Below are positions 38,110 through 47,235 of a stretch of DNA of 64,000 nt, one piece after another (within the stretch, counting starts at the first letter, position 1; each line of letters opens with the position of its first letter). The stretch is from IMG/VR virus record IMGVR_UViG_3300044641_002811. One strand, written 5' to 3'. Below the pieces are notes generated by a model, which had not been told where the DNA came from, made no database searches, and saw only the letters and a list, made by a program, of their open reading frames with translations. The translations under genes and the position numbers were made by a program. Origin of the DNA: an uncultured virus (IMG/VR IMGVR_UViG_3300044641_002811). Its lineage: Duplodnaviria; Heunggongvirae; Uroviricota; Caudoviricetes.

Positions 38110-38206
38110 AATAATAAAGCGAAGGACTTTATATTGCCAACTCCTACTAGCCCCGCTAATAAACGCGCATTAAAAGCGGGACTTATAAGTTAAAAGAAGT
38201 CGAGAA

Positions 38207-38968
38207 CTAGAAGTTAAGATCAGATGCCTCAAGCTTTGCTGCAACATCTGCACGGTATGCAGGGTCGTTGTCATAGCGAGGATCACTCATGGCACGCACA
38301 AGTTCTGCTTGGCTACGGAACCCTTGCTGTTGAGCAGCAGGAGCCTTGCCAGTCAGCATCTGACCGTCATAGCCTTGCGCTTCTTGGAAGCGGAATGCCA
38401 GTGCATTCACAGCGAAGTAACAGGCAAGAGGATCACCACGCTCCATAACAGAATCGTACATCTCAATCTCCTGCTCAGACAGTGACTCTTGTGCCCAAGC
38501 CATCATCTGTCCATACTGCTCTTCACCGCCAACAATACCCTGAAGACTGGATACATCTTCTGCATTGATGGTTTCTGTCTGTCCTCCTTCCTCTACTTGA
38601 GATCGGAAGTCCAAGTACATCTGAGCAAGATCAGCAGGATCCATGCTCTGCAGTTGTTGCAGTGTCTCTTCAGAGTAGTCAGTCTGAGATTCTTCCCACA
38701 GTCGATCCAAGAAGCTTGTGTCCACTTCTTGTTCAACTTCTTCGACTGGTTCTTGTTCAGTCTCTTCGGGCGTTACCTCTTCTCGATTGCCTAGCTTTCG
38801 TTGCAGCTCAATGTAGGCTTGTTCGAGATCCTCTGCATCTTTGAATTTACCAGCAAGTAATTGTTGCTGTTGTTCTTCAAGAGCCTCACCCACTTGAAGT
38901 GAGTCAAGTTCTTCTGCAGAGAACTCACCGTCTTGAGCTTCAGTTGGGTCGTACGTCAGTGTAGCCAT
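38207..38968 (-). CDS. capsid scaffolding protein (gp9-like)
   Basis: LAGKFK..LEQAYIELQ; C-terminal AMSDPRYDNDPAYR. Confidence 0.9.
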   Translation of the reverse strand: MATLTYDPTEAQDGEFSAEELDSLQVGEALEEQQQQLLAGKFKDAEDLEQAYIELQRKLGNREEVTPEETEQEPVEEVEQEVDTSFLDRLWEESQTDYSEETLQQLQSMDPADLAQMYLDFRSQVEEGGQTETINAEDVSSLQGIVGGEEQYGQMMAWAQESLSEQEIEMYDSVMERGDPLACYFAVNALAFRFQEAQGYDGQMLTGKAPAAQQQGFRSQAELVRAMSDPRYDNDPAYRADVAAKLEASDLNF

Positions 38969-39167
38969 TGGTGGTAATTACTTTCAGATTTCCAAGACCA
39001 ACTCGTTCCACACGGTTGGGGACTCCAACGGTTGGTTTGCCGATCTTGGTACGTGGTGCGTATTTGTTGCCGGACTCATCAAAGAGTTCCCTGTCTTCAA
39101 CCGATAACGGGGGTGTTACTGGCTTGGTTTTCTGTTTCTGGGGACGGCTGGGTGTTGCCTTGTCCAT
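38940..39167 (-). CDS. small protein between portal and scaffold
   Basis: 75 aa, basic; overlaps both neighbours. Confidence 0.55.
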   Translation of the reverse strand: MDKATPSRPQKQKTKPVTPPLSVEDRELFDESGNKYAPRTKIGKPTVGVPNRVERVGLGNLKVITTNGYTDVRPN

Positions 39168-40710
39168 TGATCATCTCCATTGCTTGTGGGTTCTTACTTG
39201 GATCCAGTAGCGGTGTCTTTGCCAACTGACCAATCTGTTGAGTAAGCATCATGTCTTTCTGCATACTCATGTTCTGCATTTGTTCTTGCTTCATCTCTTC
39301 AACACTCTTGACAAGGTTCAACACGTCGATGCCTTGAGCAGCAGCCAGACGTTTAATTACTTCATCACTGTTGATGTACTTCGCAAGAGCTTCAGGCCCC
39401 ATCGTTTGTGCAATGGTCTGCAGGAACGAACCCAGACTTTCTCGATCTTGTCCTCGACCCAGTGCATTAACACCAGCAACAATAGTAGGCTTAACAATGT
39501 CCTTTGGAAGACGTGGAATCTGACCAGTCTTTTGGAAGACATTGAGCTTACGGTTCAGATACGGAACAAGGAACTCAGTTGTCAGCAAACTGAACAGTCC
39601 ACCAAGTTGTTGTTCCAGTTCCATTTGAGTCATCCGTACTTCTTCAGCAGTCGTACGTTCAGACTGCCTTACAGAAAGGATGAGGAATGCTTCAGACAAC
39701 CGACGTTCCAACTGCTGCATCATTTCAAATGCAGTTCGGAAGTCAGCAGTCTTTCCTACCTGAATGACACCAATGTCATCCGGTCTTCCTTGAACGATGG
39801 CACCGTTGCCTGCCTGGGCCAGTGTGGCCGGTTTGGTAGTGCTTGAGGGTGATACTACGAAGACAACCTTAGCGGCTGCTGCAGAGCCTTCTACGAGGGC
39901 CTGAGAGAGTGCTTCAAGGGAACGTAAATCTCCGATGAATTCCTCTACTCGACCACGACCATAGACCTCACCATCAACAGTATTGAATCGAAGAACAAGC
40001 CACGGGTTCGCTTCGATGGGTGCTTTGCCCATTGACCCCGGAATGATCTTGTCTTCGTATTCTTGATGCCAGACAAACCTGTTGTTGTCTCGGCGGATGT
40101 GAGTGTAGATGTCTGCCTCGTCATTCCGTTCTGCCTCAGTGCCTGCCACATCATTGGGCACAGCCATGGGGAGAACCTTCATGAGAAGCTTCTTTGAGAT
40201 GCGTTCTTTTGTGACTATTTCAAGCACATTACCGTTGCCATCTCTTTCTACAACGTAGCGATTCAAGGGGTACAGCTTGAGCTGCTTCTCTCCCATGAAG
40301 ACCAACGCATTACCTGTCACCACTAGATGCTTCAGTGCTTGGTGTACAACGACACGATCACTAGAAGCAGCAATTGATTCAAGGATAGTACGTTCGATCT
40401 TCGCAAAGGAAAGATCCAACTCAGAACGAACTTCCGGAGGGAAGTCTGTACCCAGTGCACTGTCATCTACCTGAAGCTTAAAGAAGCTGGTTTGAGGAGG
40501 CAGTAGTGCCAGCATCAACTTGGATGCCAGAGTGACTACTCCCTTTGCACCAACGCTTTGCCATGGTGTAGGTAGATGACGTGCTCCTTTGACCCATTCC
40601 TCTTCACCACGATTGAGGTAGGGGAGAGTGAGATCAGCAGCTTGTCTTGCTACGTTTAGAAAGTTAGAACGGTCACTTGCTAAATAGTCATACCGTGATT
40701 TGGCTGACAT
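39097..40710 (-). CDS. portal (head-tail connector, gp8-like)
   Basis: WQSVGAKGV..LASKLMLAL.PP; YGRG.VEE; ERTTAEEV. Confidence 0.95.
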   Translation of the reverse strand: MSAKSRYDYLASDRSNFLNVARQAADLTLPYLNRGEEEWVKGARHLPTPWQSVGAKGVVTLASKLMLALLPPQTSFFKLQVDDSALGTDFPPEVRSELDLSFAKIERTILESIAASSDRVVVHQALKHLVVTGNALVFMGEKQLKLYPLNRYVVERDGNGNVLEIVTKERISKKLLMKVLPMAVPNDVAGTEAERNDEADIYTHIRRDNNRFVWHQEYEDKIIPGSMGKAPIEANPWLVLRFNTVDGEVYGRGRVEEFIGDLRSLEALSQALVEGSAAAAKVVFVVSPSSTTKPATLAQAGNGAIVQGRPDDIGVIQVGKTADFRTAFEMMQQLERRLSEAFLILSVRQSERTTAEEVRMTQMELEQQLGGLFSLLTTEFLVPYLNRKLNVFQKTGQIPRLPKDIVKPTIVAGVNALGRGQDRESLGSFLQTIAQTMGPEALAKYINSDEVIKRLAAAQGIDVLNLVKSVEEMKQEQMQNMSMQKDMMLTQQIGQLAKTPLLDPSKNPQAMEMINGQGNTQPSPETENQASNTPVIG

Positions 40711-41474
40711 TAGCGTCCAGTATTAAGTGAGTTTCCGTATTGCAGTCCGCGACCAAGCAGACCAGTACCACGTCCGTAGATACCAAGTTTCTGAAGACGT
40801 GATTTAGCACGATTGAGTTTGTTGGCACCAAGAGCACCAAGTCCTCCACCAGCCATCATGCCAGGACCAGGGTCAGATGTTGAAGCGACGGGATCTGTCG
40901 TCACAGGATCTTCTGTAACAGGATCCTGTACGGTTTGATCGTTATTTACCTGATTTGGCACATAACCTACACCACCAATTGGGTTCTTGATTACCTTTTT
41001 ATCTTGTTCAGGTAGTGAATACTGCTTACCAAATCCGCGAACGGTTTCACGTCCACCAGGTCGGATAGCTGTACCACCCATCATGAACCTGCGATCCGTA
41101 CCAGGAGTCACCGAGCCATAACCACTTTGAGGATTTTGGTAGCCGCCACTTGCGCGAGTTCCACGCATACCTTCTAATGCTTGACCAATCCTCCCAGTGC
41201 CAAAGGTAGGCTTCTGGGTTAGCCCGTAGAAACCACCATAAGCAGGCCCAGCCTCCTTAATGAGCATGTTAGCGGCACCAGAATTAAGATTAATACCTGT
41301 CCTCTCGTTAGATTTCAGGTTCTGGTTAACCGAGTCAAGCCGTTTGACAACAGTCTGCGCCGATGCACCAGTTGACTTGGTGATGTTATTTAGTTCTTGC
41401 TTGGTGATGCCACCTACACCCGCTTGCCGAATAGCAAGCTTGACGCCTTGATTTTTTGATTCCTTCTTAGCCAT
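40710..41474 (-). CDS. Gly-rich putative virion protein
   Basis: 254 aa directly upstream of the portal. Confidence 0.65.
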   Translation of the reverse strand: MAKKESKNQGVKLAIRQAGVGGITKQELNNITKSTGASAQTVVKRLDSVNQNLKSNERTGINLNSGAANMLIKEAGPAYGGFYGLTQKPTFGTGRIGQALEGMRGTRASGGYQNPQSGYGSVTPGTDRRFMMGGTAIRPGGRETVRGFGKQYSLPEQDKKVIKNPIGGVGYVPNQVNNDQTVQDPVTEDPVTTDPVASTSDPGPGMMAGGGLGALGANKLNRAKSRLQKLGIYGRGTGLLGRGLQYGNSLNTGR

Positions 41475-41670
41475 TGTTTTCTTCAGTGAGACGATGGTTG
41501 ATCCACTCGACCACTGAACGTTGGCCAGAGCGGTACATTATGAGATTAGTTGGATCATCCGGGTGGGGATTGACTGGTGGAAAGTTATCCTCCAATTCCT
41601 GAAGGATAGCTTGAAGCTGGAGACCAGAGGTCTCAAGCATACTGAGGTAGGTTGGTGTTTGCATGTTCAA
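41467..41670 (-). CDS. small T7-like conserved protein
   Basis: LEDNFP..IMYRSGQRSVVEWI; start probably a downstream Met. Confidence 0.7.
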   Translation of the reverse strand: MNMQTPTYLSMLETSGLQLQAILQELEDNFPPVNPHPDDPTNLIMYRSGQRSVVEWINHRLTEENNG

Positions 41671-42358
41671 AGAACGCTGGCATTCTTCCTCTACGTGTGT
41701 CAGACAATTCAGGTGCTTTGCCTTGATACATCAGAGAGTCACTCGAATCCAGCCAAAATTTTCTGTCCAGATATTTGACCTCAGTATTTTTACCTAGAGG
41801 TTCAAGCACCCAATTAACGGTTGCCTTCCTGAGGCGATCGAGAGAAGGACTCCAATCGAGACCAAGCTCAGTACATACCAGGCTATTCGCTGCCACATGG
41901 ACTTGTTCATCACGAGAGATATCAGCGCTTACTGTTCGGAGACCAGCATCACCGCAAAATCTGAAGAATGGGAGGAGCACAAAGAAAATTGCACGTTCGG
42001 TAACAAGTGCTTTGAGGATCGTGTGATCTGGATGAGCAATCCAGGCGTCCCGAAGACGCTTCGCTTCGGCTTCAGCCTTTTCATCAACGCCGATAGCGTT
42101 GGCGATGTAACCGAGTGCAAGGTCGTGATTTTCCTCGTCCTTGATATTGGATTGAAGGAGATCCCTCGCCAGGTCTGGAACTTCATTCTTCAGTGCATCA
42201 GTAATAAAATCTCCAACGGGAAGTTCCATGTGGCGGATTGCCAAGGCACGGTAGATTGTTTCTTCTGCTCCTTCACGAAGCTTCCCAGCTGTGGTCTGTA
42301 CCGGAGACCACTTCCGTTTACGATCTAGTAGTTTTTGATAGGGGTTCATTCGCCGCAA
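41633..42358 (-). CDS. ferritin-like ribonucleotide reductase small subunit
   Basis: Two DExxH motifs (DEENH, DEQVH); coupled to the RNR large subunit. Confidence 0.75.
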   Translation of the reverse strand: MRRMNPYQKLLDRKRKWSPVQTTAGKLREGAEETIYRALAIRHMELPVGDFITDALKNEVPDLARDLLQSNIKDEENHDLALGYIANAIGVDEKAEAEAKRLRDAWIAHPDHTILKALVTERAIFFVLLPFFRFCGDAGLRTVSADISRDEQVHVAANSLVCTELGLDWSPSLDRLRKATVNWVLEPLGKNTEVKYLDRKFWLDSSDSLMYQGKAPELSDTRRGRMPAFFEHANTNLPQYA

Positions 42359-43737
42359 TTACAATCAGGAGCAGGATCATTAAGAAGAGACTCCAGGTAT
42401 GCGGTAACGTCACCATCATCCAATGCGGCATAGGCATCAGACTTGTCTTGAACGTCACCCATTACCTGGAGACTGTAGTAAAGAGAAGTCTGTGGACTTG
42501 CCAACCAATCTTCGATGAATTGCTCATCATAGGTAACCACATCTGACCAGCTGTTAAAGGAGTATCCATGCAACAAGCCGGTGCTATCGAGCAGACGAAC
42601 GATGCCGTCCACTACTCGTTTGTATGACTCCCAGCCAACTTCAGACGCGATCTCAACAGGACCGTAGTCAAAGCTCTGGACGCCAAACGTACCGCTGTCA
42701 CGGTCCACTTGACGGGCAATGGGAGGAGCGATCTCAGGACAGGTTGTGTACCCACCGAGATCGGTGTATCGGTAACTGCACGAGGCAGTCGGAGCAATGG
42801 CAAAGGCACGCTCCATTTTGTTGAACTTGGCAACCTCAGCAGCTTGACGAATACCTGAGCTGATCTCATGAGCCAGTACCGCAGCAGGAGTTCGCTCATG
42901 AGGACGGTTGTTGTTGATGTTCTCCAACGCCTCACCAAACTCTTTGTAGCTCACCCCTTGCTGTCGGAGCAAGTTGGCAAGCCCAAGAAGTCCAAGACCC
43001 ACTTGACGATCTGTTGACGGAGGGAGATATTCTCCACTGCTATCGACATTTGTCTTACCATGGAGTTCACACAGCTCGGACATTCCGTTGACAAATGCAC
43101 GTTGTATGTCTCCGACTTCACATGCGCCAAGGTTGACATGTTGAAGCAGACATGTGCCCCGTGAGGGCAGATATACCTCAAGGCAGACGTTCCCCCGGAT
43201 GCGATTTCCATTTCGATCTACCTTTGTTTTGTTAAGCCAGATGTCTCCCTTGCGGATGCCATCAAGAAGTGCTTCCTTTACGTTCTCGGTGGTTTGTTCC
43301 CACCAGTGATCGTTAATGTTGACGCAACGCTTAACCCAAGGCAGCTCAGAACGAGAAGCAGTAATGAACTCAAGCACATCAGGATGGTTGAGATCAAGGT
43401 GACATACAACAGCTCCATTCTTGTATACTCCTCCGCGCCTCAGGATTTCATTGAGGGTTGAGTAGATCTTGGCAAAGGACACAGGACCAGATGCCACAAG
43501 ACCTTTGCCGTTCTCAGCACCTTTGGGACGGAGCTTAGAGAGGTGTACGGCTACACCCGCACCGTACCTCAATGCGTGACTCACAAAGCGCCACGAGGCT
43601 TCAATACCGTTCTCCCCTTCCATTGTGTCTTCCACCACGAACACGGTGCAAGAAACGGGGAGACGGCTGGTGGGATCATCAATCCAGGACTGCACACGCC
43701 CAGTACGGGCGATCAGTTCTTTGGTGGTTGCAGACAT
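42346..43737 (-). CDS. ribonucleotide reductase large subunit (minimal cyanophage type)
   Basis: VSC, GNVCLEV, TCLL and AIAPTASCS motifs; C-terminal CNC. Confidence 0.88.
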   Translation of the reverse strand: MSATTKELIARTGRVQSWIDDPTSRLPVSCTVFVVEDTMEGENGIEASWRFVSHALRYGAGVAVHLSKLRPKGAENGKGLVASGPVSFAKIYSTLNEILRRGGVYKNGAVVCHLDLNHPDVLEFITASRSELPWVKRCVNINDHWWEQTTENVKEALLDGIRKGDIWLNKTKVDRNGNRIRGNVCLEVYLPSRGTCLLQHVNLGACEVGDIQRAFVNGMSELCELHGKTNVDSSGEYLPPSTDRQVGLGLLGLANLLRQQGVSYKEFGEALENINNNRPHERTPAAVLAHEISSGIRQAAEVAKFNKMERAFAIAPTASCSYRYTDLGGYTTCPEIAPPIARQVDRDSGTFGVQSFDYGPVEIASEVGWESYKRVVDGIVRLLDSTGLLHGYSFNSWSDVVTYDEQFIEDWLASPQTSLYYSLQVMGDVQDKSDAYAALDDGDVTAYLESLLNDPAPDCNCGE

Positions 43738-43739
43738 TA

Positions 43740-44129
43740 TTAAACGAGATCAGTAAGAGTAGGAGGTTGATAGTTCGGTCCTTTCAGAACCTTGCCGTCT
43801 TCACGGCGGATCGGTTGTCCGTCTTCCCCGAGCTTTGACATATTGCTCAGGTGGACACGGTTGAGAGCTTCATCGAGATCCCAACTCAAGTTTTCTGCAT
43901 ACTGGTAGCAGACATATACAAGATCAGCGAGTTCCTTCAGACAGTCAGCTGCATTCACCCGCAGACCCATGATCAGCTGATTCTCTGCATCAAGAAATTC
44001 TTTGAATTCCTCAACGATCAAAGTCCGCTGCATAGTCCGTGAAACTGGCGTCGTACTGTTCCTCACTTGGAAACCAGCTCTGAACTCCTTTGCTTGCTGA
44101 CTGATGAAGGATTTCATTTTCGAGTTCAT
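43740..44129 (-). CDS. MazG-like nucleotide pyrophosphohydrolase
   Basis: EEFKE..KELADLVYV..VHLSNMSK..REDGKVLKG. Confidence 0.85.
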   Translation of the reverse strand: MNSKMKSFISQQAKEFRAGFQVRNSTTPVSRTMQRTLIVEEFKEFLDAENQLIMGLRVNAADCLKELADLVYVCYQYAENLSWDLDEALNRVHLSNMSKLGEDGQPIRREDGKVLKGPNYQPPTLTDLV

Positions 44130-44310
44130 TCTGTAAGTAGTGAATAGCTTTCGTTAAATCAGAGACCTTGCTGTCTTTAAATCCAGCACGGCAGATATAT
44201 TTGATGGCGTTTCCTAGGTGGAAATTCAATCCTTGATCTCGGATGAAGTCCCAAACTTGAATGTCCCCTCTTCGGTAGTACGACGGTCCTGTGGAATTGG
44301 AGTCGGCCAT
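44011..44310 (-). CDS. DUF3310 / gp1.7-like protein
   Basis: PSYY..WDFI..NFHLGNAIKYICRAG.K..DLTKAIHYL. Confidence 0.85.
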   Translation of the reverse strand: MADSNSTGPSYYRRGDIQVWDFIRDQGLNFHLGNAIKYICRAGFKDSKVSDLTKAIHYLQNELENEILHQSASKGVQSWFPSEEQYDASFTDYAADFDR

Positions 44311-44549
44311 TTCTTAACTAGGTTCGATAGTGAGTTACTTAGGACAAAGTTCTGATGCTGCAGTGCAAGAAACACTGTGATCACATCTTCTAGTTTTGTT
44401 TCTGGATCACGCAGTGCGTTTTCAATCCGCTTCAACTTGAACTGTTGCTCCATCGTCATTTCGACTATCGGAGCTGGGAGACCAAAGTCTTGGTTCTTGA
44501 TTGGTGAAATCATAATTTTCCACTTGAAGGATCTTTGCGAGGCGTGCAT
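44226..44549 (-). CDS. nblA: NblA-like phycobilisome degradation adaptor
   Basis: MTMEQQFKLKRI..LALQHQNF..LVKKW matches the NblA LxxEQxF helix-loop-helix pattern; start uncertain (Met at 44513 or 44459). Confidence 0.65.
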   Translation of the reverse strand: MHASQRSFKWKIMISPIKNQDFGLPAPIVEMTMEQQFKLKRIENALRDPETKLEDVITVFLALQHQNFVLSNSLSNLVKKWPTPIPQDRRTTEEGTFKFGTSSEIKD

Positions 44550-45189
44550 TCTTCAGTGCATCTTCCTCAGTGAGACCCTTCTCAAGAAAAGTCTCCAATA
44601 CGGTCTTCCAGGTTGCACCCTTTTCCGTCAGGATTGCGTCTGCTCTCTTGACTCCGATGGTTGGTACACCGGCATAACCATCTGTCTGGTCACCCGCCAT
44701 TGTTTGGATCAGGTGCCAGCGATCACCTTCTTCCTTGGTGATTGTCACTACACCTTCGGATAGGTCGTAGAGATCGCCTGGAATCTGGCGCATGTCCTTA
44801 TCCGGACTGCAGATGATGTGACCCTGTTCTTTGGTTGCGTAGATACCGATGGCATCATCCGCTTCCAATTTGGGCATCACAACAACGTGGTAGTCTTCCT
44901 TGAGTTTGTTGATGACCCTTTTGTAGCCGCACGGCTTCTTTCGGTTTCGATGTCCTTTATAGTCTGAATCAATAGACTTACGGAAGTTGATAGAATCAGA
45001 AAAGAACAGAACAGAATCATCAAAGCATCCGAGATCGGAGGCAATGGTGCTGAGTTCTCGTTCAACGTATTCGTAAGCTTCGCTGAACTTGGAGGTGACG
45101 ACGATGAGATCGTCCCCAAAGTCGATTTCGGTTTCAGTGGCAGCACAGCATTTATAGACAATGAAATCAGCATCAATGAGAAGGCTCAT
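44422..45189 (-). CDS. 5'-3' exonuclease (gp6-like)
   Basis: LIDADF, YKGHR, LEADD, SPDKDMRQIPG, GDQTDGY.G. Confidence 0.92.
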   Translation of the reverse strand: MSLLIDADFIVYKCCAATETEIDFGDDLIVVTSKFSEAYEYVERELSTIASDLGCFDDSVLFFSDSINFRKSIDSDYKGHRNRKKPCGYKRVINKLKEDYHVVVMPKLEADDAIGIYATKEQGHIICSPDKDMRQIPGDLYDLSEGVVTITKEEGDRWHLIQTMAGDQTDGYAGVPTIGVKRADAILTEKGATWKTVLETFLEKGLTEEDALKNARLAKILQVENYDFTNQEPRLWSPSSDSRNDDGATVQVEAD

Positions 45190-45323
45190 TTCCCTTGTCC
45201 TCTGCTTAACTTTCTACCTTTCTTCGGTAGTGAACGTGTGCCGTTGCCTTGATGAGTGTGTTTGAACTTGGCGCGTGATTGAAATTCAATCCGACCGAGT
45301 GATGTTTTAGATTTGGTGGCCAT
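45186..45323 (-). CDS. 45-aa basic microprotein (not in ORF track)
   Basis: MATKSKTSLGRIEF..THQGNG..RKLSRGQGK; ATGA overlap with the exonuclease. Confidence 0.7.
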   Translation of the reverse strand: MATKSKTSLGRIEFQSRAKFKHTHQGNGTRSLPKKGRKLSRGQGK

Positions 45324-45325
45324 AG

Positions 45326-46651
45326 TTAATGTACTTCGCTCCAATCCATGCCTGACTTCGCATCAGCAGCGATTGGAACTCTTAGGTCGTAATACTCTCC
45401 TGCATGAGCTGCTGCCCACAGGAGTGCAAACTTCAGGTCTTCAACACTTGATGGTGTAGTTTCAAACTGCAGTTCGTCATGAACGAATGCCAGTTGGTGA
45501 GCCTCAATGTCGGCTCTGATAATTGCTTCATGGGTCAGAACCATCCACCGTTTGGCGATGACACCAGCTCCACTCTGCAGTAAATAGTTCAGAGCCTTAT
45601 GCCCCGAGTCAACGCTGATATGCCTACCGTCGATGCTCCTGATATAACCTCGTTCAGCAGCTTTCTTGGTAGCTTCCACAAGCTTCTGAAGGCCAGGAAT
45701 AGCATCCATGTAAGCTTGACGAATCTCCTTTCCTTTTTGTTTTGCCTTGTCCGGGGAAAGGCTTTGGTCATAACTTAGTCCTATCTTTTGATCGCCTGCC
45801 CCATACAAAAACGCATAGGTTACAGTCTTGACTAGCCGTCTCGATATACCTATCTTGTCCGCGTTCTCCTGATGAATGTCGCCGTTGAGAAGAATGTCTC
45901 CGTAGCGGCCTCCATCATATCGAGCCAAGTAGTGTGCAAGCATCCGTAATTCAATGCCTGCGAGATCAGCACCAACCATGACATAGCCAGGACTAGCTCG
46001 AAATAACTTTCTAAATTCAGATTCATGCGGAACCTGGCCTAAGTTGGGTTTACGGTGTGCACATCTATGTGTGCTTGTTGCCACTGAACAGTGGTGATGT
46101 ATTCGGTTGTTTCTGACCAGCTTTAACCAAGCATTGATGCCTTCCGACAACATGCCAAGCTGCTTGGTCAGTTCAAGACACCGGAAGAATCGAAGCGAGA
46201 TCTCCGTGTTGATCTCTTTCAGTACCACTTCATCAATCGTGGCCTTCCCTTTGTCTGTGAATTGAGTCGGTGTCCAGCCGTAGTGAGTCTGCATTACCCA
46301 TGCGATGTGATCTCTACTGGTTGGATTCAACTCCTTCAGTCGAGTGAAAGTAGCATCTGTGACGTAGCCTTGGGTTTTGTTAGGTCGTCTAGGAGTAAAC
46401 TCCGACCCCGCAATGAGAGGATGCCGGTCTCGTAGTACTTGACTAAGACCCTCAAGCTCTCTTCTGAGAGTTGATTCAAGTTCCCATGCAGCAGGCTCAT
46501 CAAAGTACCATCCATGAAGTTCTTGTGTTGTTAGTATCTGAGCAGCTCTGTGCTCTAACTTCACCCAGTCAGGTATTTGTGGAAGTGTTTCCAAAGCTTT
46601 TTGGTAACGTTGACATCTTGCAGCATGTAATCCTGCATATCCTGAGACCAA
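45326..46651 (-). CDS. T7-like DNA polymerase, polymerase domain (-1 frame part)
   Basis: DLAGIELR, KTVTYAFLYG (Tyr, T7-type), LLQSGAG, VHDE. Confidence 0.92.
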   Translation of the reverse strand: MVSGYAGLHAARCQRYQKALETLPQIPDWVKLEHRAAQILTTQELHGWYFDEPAAWELESTLRRELEGLSQVLRDRHPLIAGSEFTPRRPNKTQGYVTDATFTRLKELNPTSRDHIAWVMQTHYGWTPTQFTDKGKATIDEVVLKEINTEISLRFFRCLELTKQLGMLSEGINAWLKLVRNNRIHHHCSVATSTHRCAHRKPNLGQVPHESEFRKLFRASPGYVMVGADLAGIELRMLAHYLARYDGGRYGDILLNGDIHQENADKIGISRRLVKTVTYAFLYGAGDQKIGLSYDQSLSPDKAKQKGKEIRQAYMDAIPGLQKLVEATKKAAERGYIRSIDGRHISVDSGHKALNYLLQSGAGVIAKRWMVLTHEAIIRADIEAHQLAFVHDELQFETTPSSVEDLKFALLWAAAHAGEYYDLRVPIAADAKSGMDWSEVH

Positions 46652-47073
46652 TCCTTCCAGTCAGTCGTCTTACCAAAGCATCCTTTGTATTCACCTAATC
46701 GGTAGCCGTATGCTTCCAGTGAATGACGTCCATAAAGCTGAAGTGGCATTTGATTCCACTTTCGCTTTTGATCTGTCTTGAGGATATCTGCGTGATAGAG
46801 ACGACTGAGAAGGAGTGTGTCTACAACCTCCCCTCTTGGTTCAAACCAAGGGAAGAGTTTCTTAATGACTGGCAGGTCATAGCCAATGATGTTGTGACCG
46901 ATAATCCGATCAGCATCCTCAAGCCTCTGTATTGCTTTCGTAATTGGTTCTTTATCACCTTGGTCGTTGTATGCCAAGGTTTGATCAGCTTCCTGATCGT
47001 AGATACCAACGCAGTGGATGCAGGTAACATCATTGTAAAGTCCGTCAGTTTCAATATCAAAGATAAGCATCAT
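46561..47073 (-). CDS. T7-like DNA polymerase, 3'-5' exonuclease domain
   Basis: FDIETDG, GHNIIGYD, HSLEAYG, YMLQDV. Confidence 0.92.
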   Translation of the reverse strand: MMLIFDIETDGLYNDVTCIHCVGIYDQEADQTLAYNDQGDKEPITKAIQRLEDADRIIGHNIIGYDLPVIKKLFPWFEPRGEVVDTLLLSRLYHADILKTDQKRKWNQMPLQLYGRHSLEAYGYRLGEYKGCFGKTTDWKDWSQDMQDYMLQDVNVTKKLWKHFHKYLTG

Positions 47074-47170
47074 TCCAATGCCTGATTACCCCAGCTACAA
47101 TGAACACGTTTGTAATGGTAATCATCCATTCAAGAAGGTTTAGTCGTTGTAGTAGTGTTCTGCCAGACAT
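47057..47170 (-). CDS. 37-aa membrane microprotein (not in ORF track)
   Basis: ..ITNVFIVAGVIRHWN; homologous to 10904-11068. Confidence 0.65.
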   Translation of the reverse strand: MSGRTLLQRLNLLEWMITITNVFIVAGVIRHWNDAYL

Positions 47171-47235
47171 AGGTCTTATCAATGAACTGTGCTTTCGCTA
47201 CTGCTTCTGCTGATGCTGGAGTGGGACGCTTCAAC

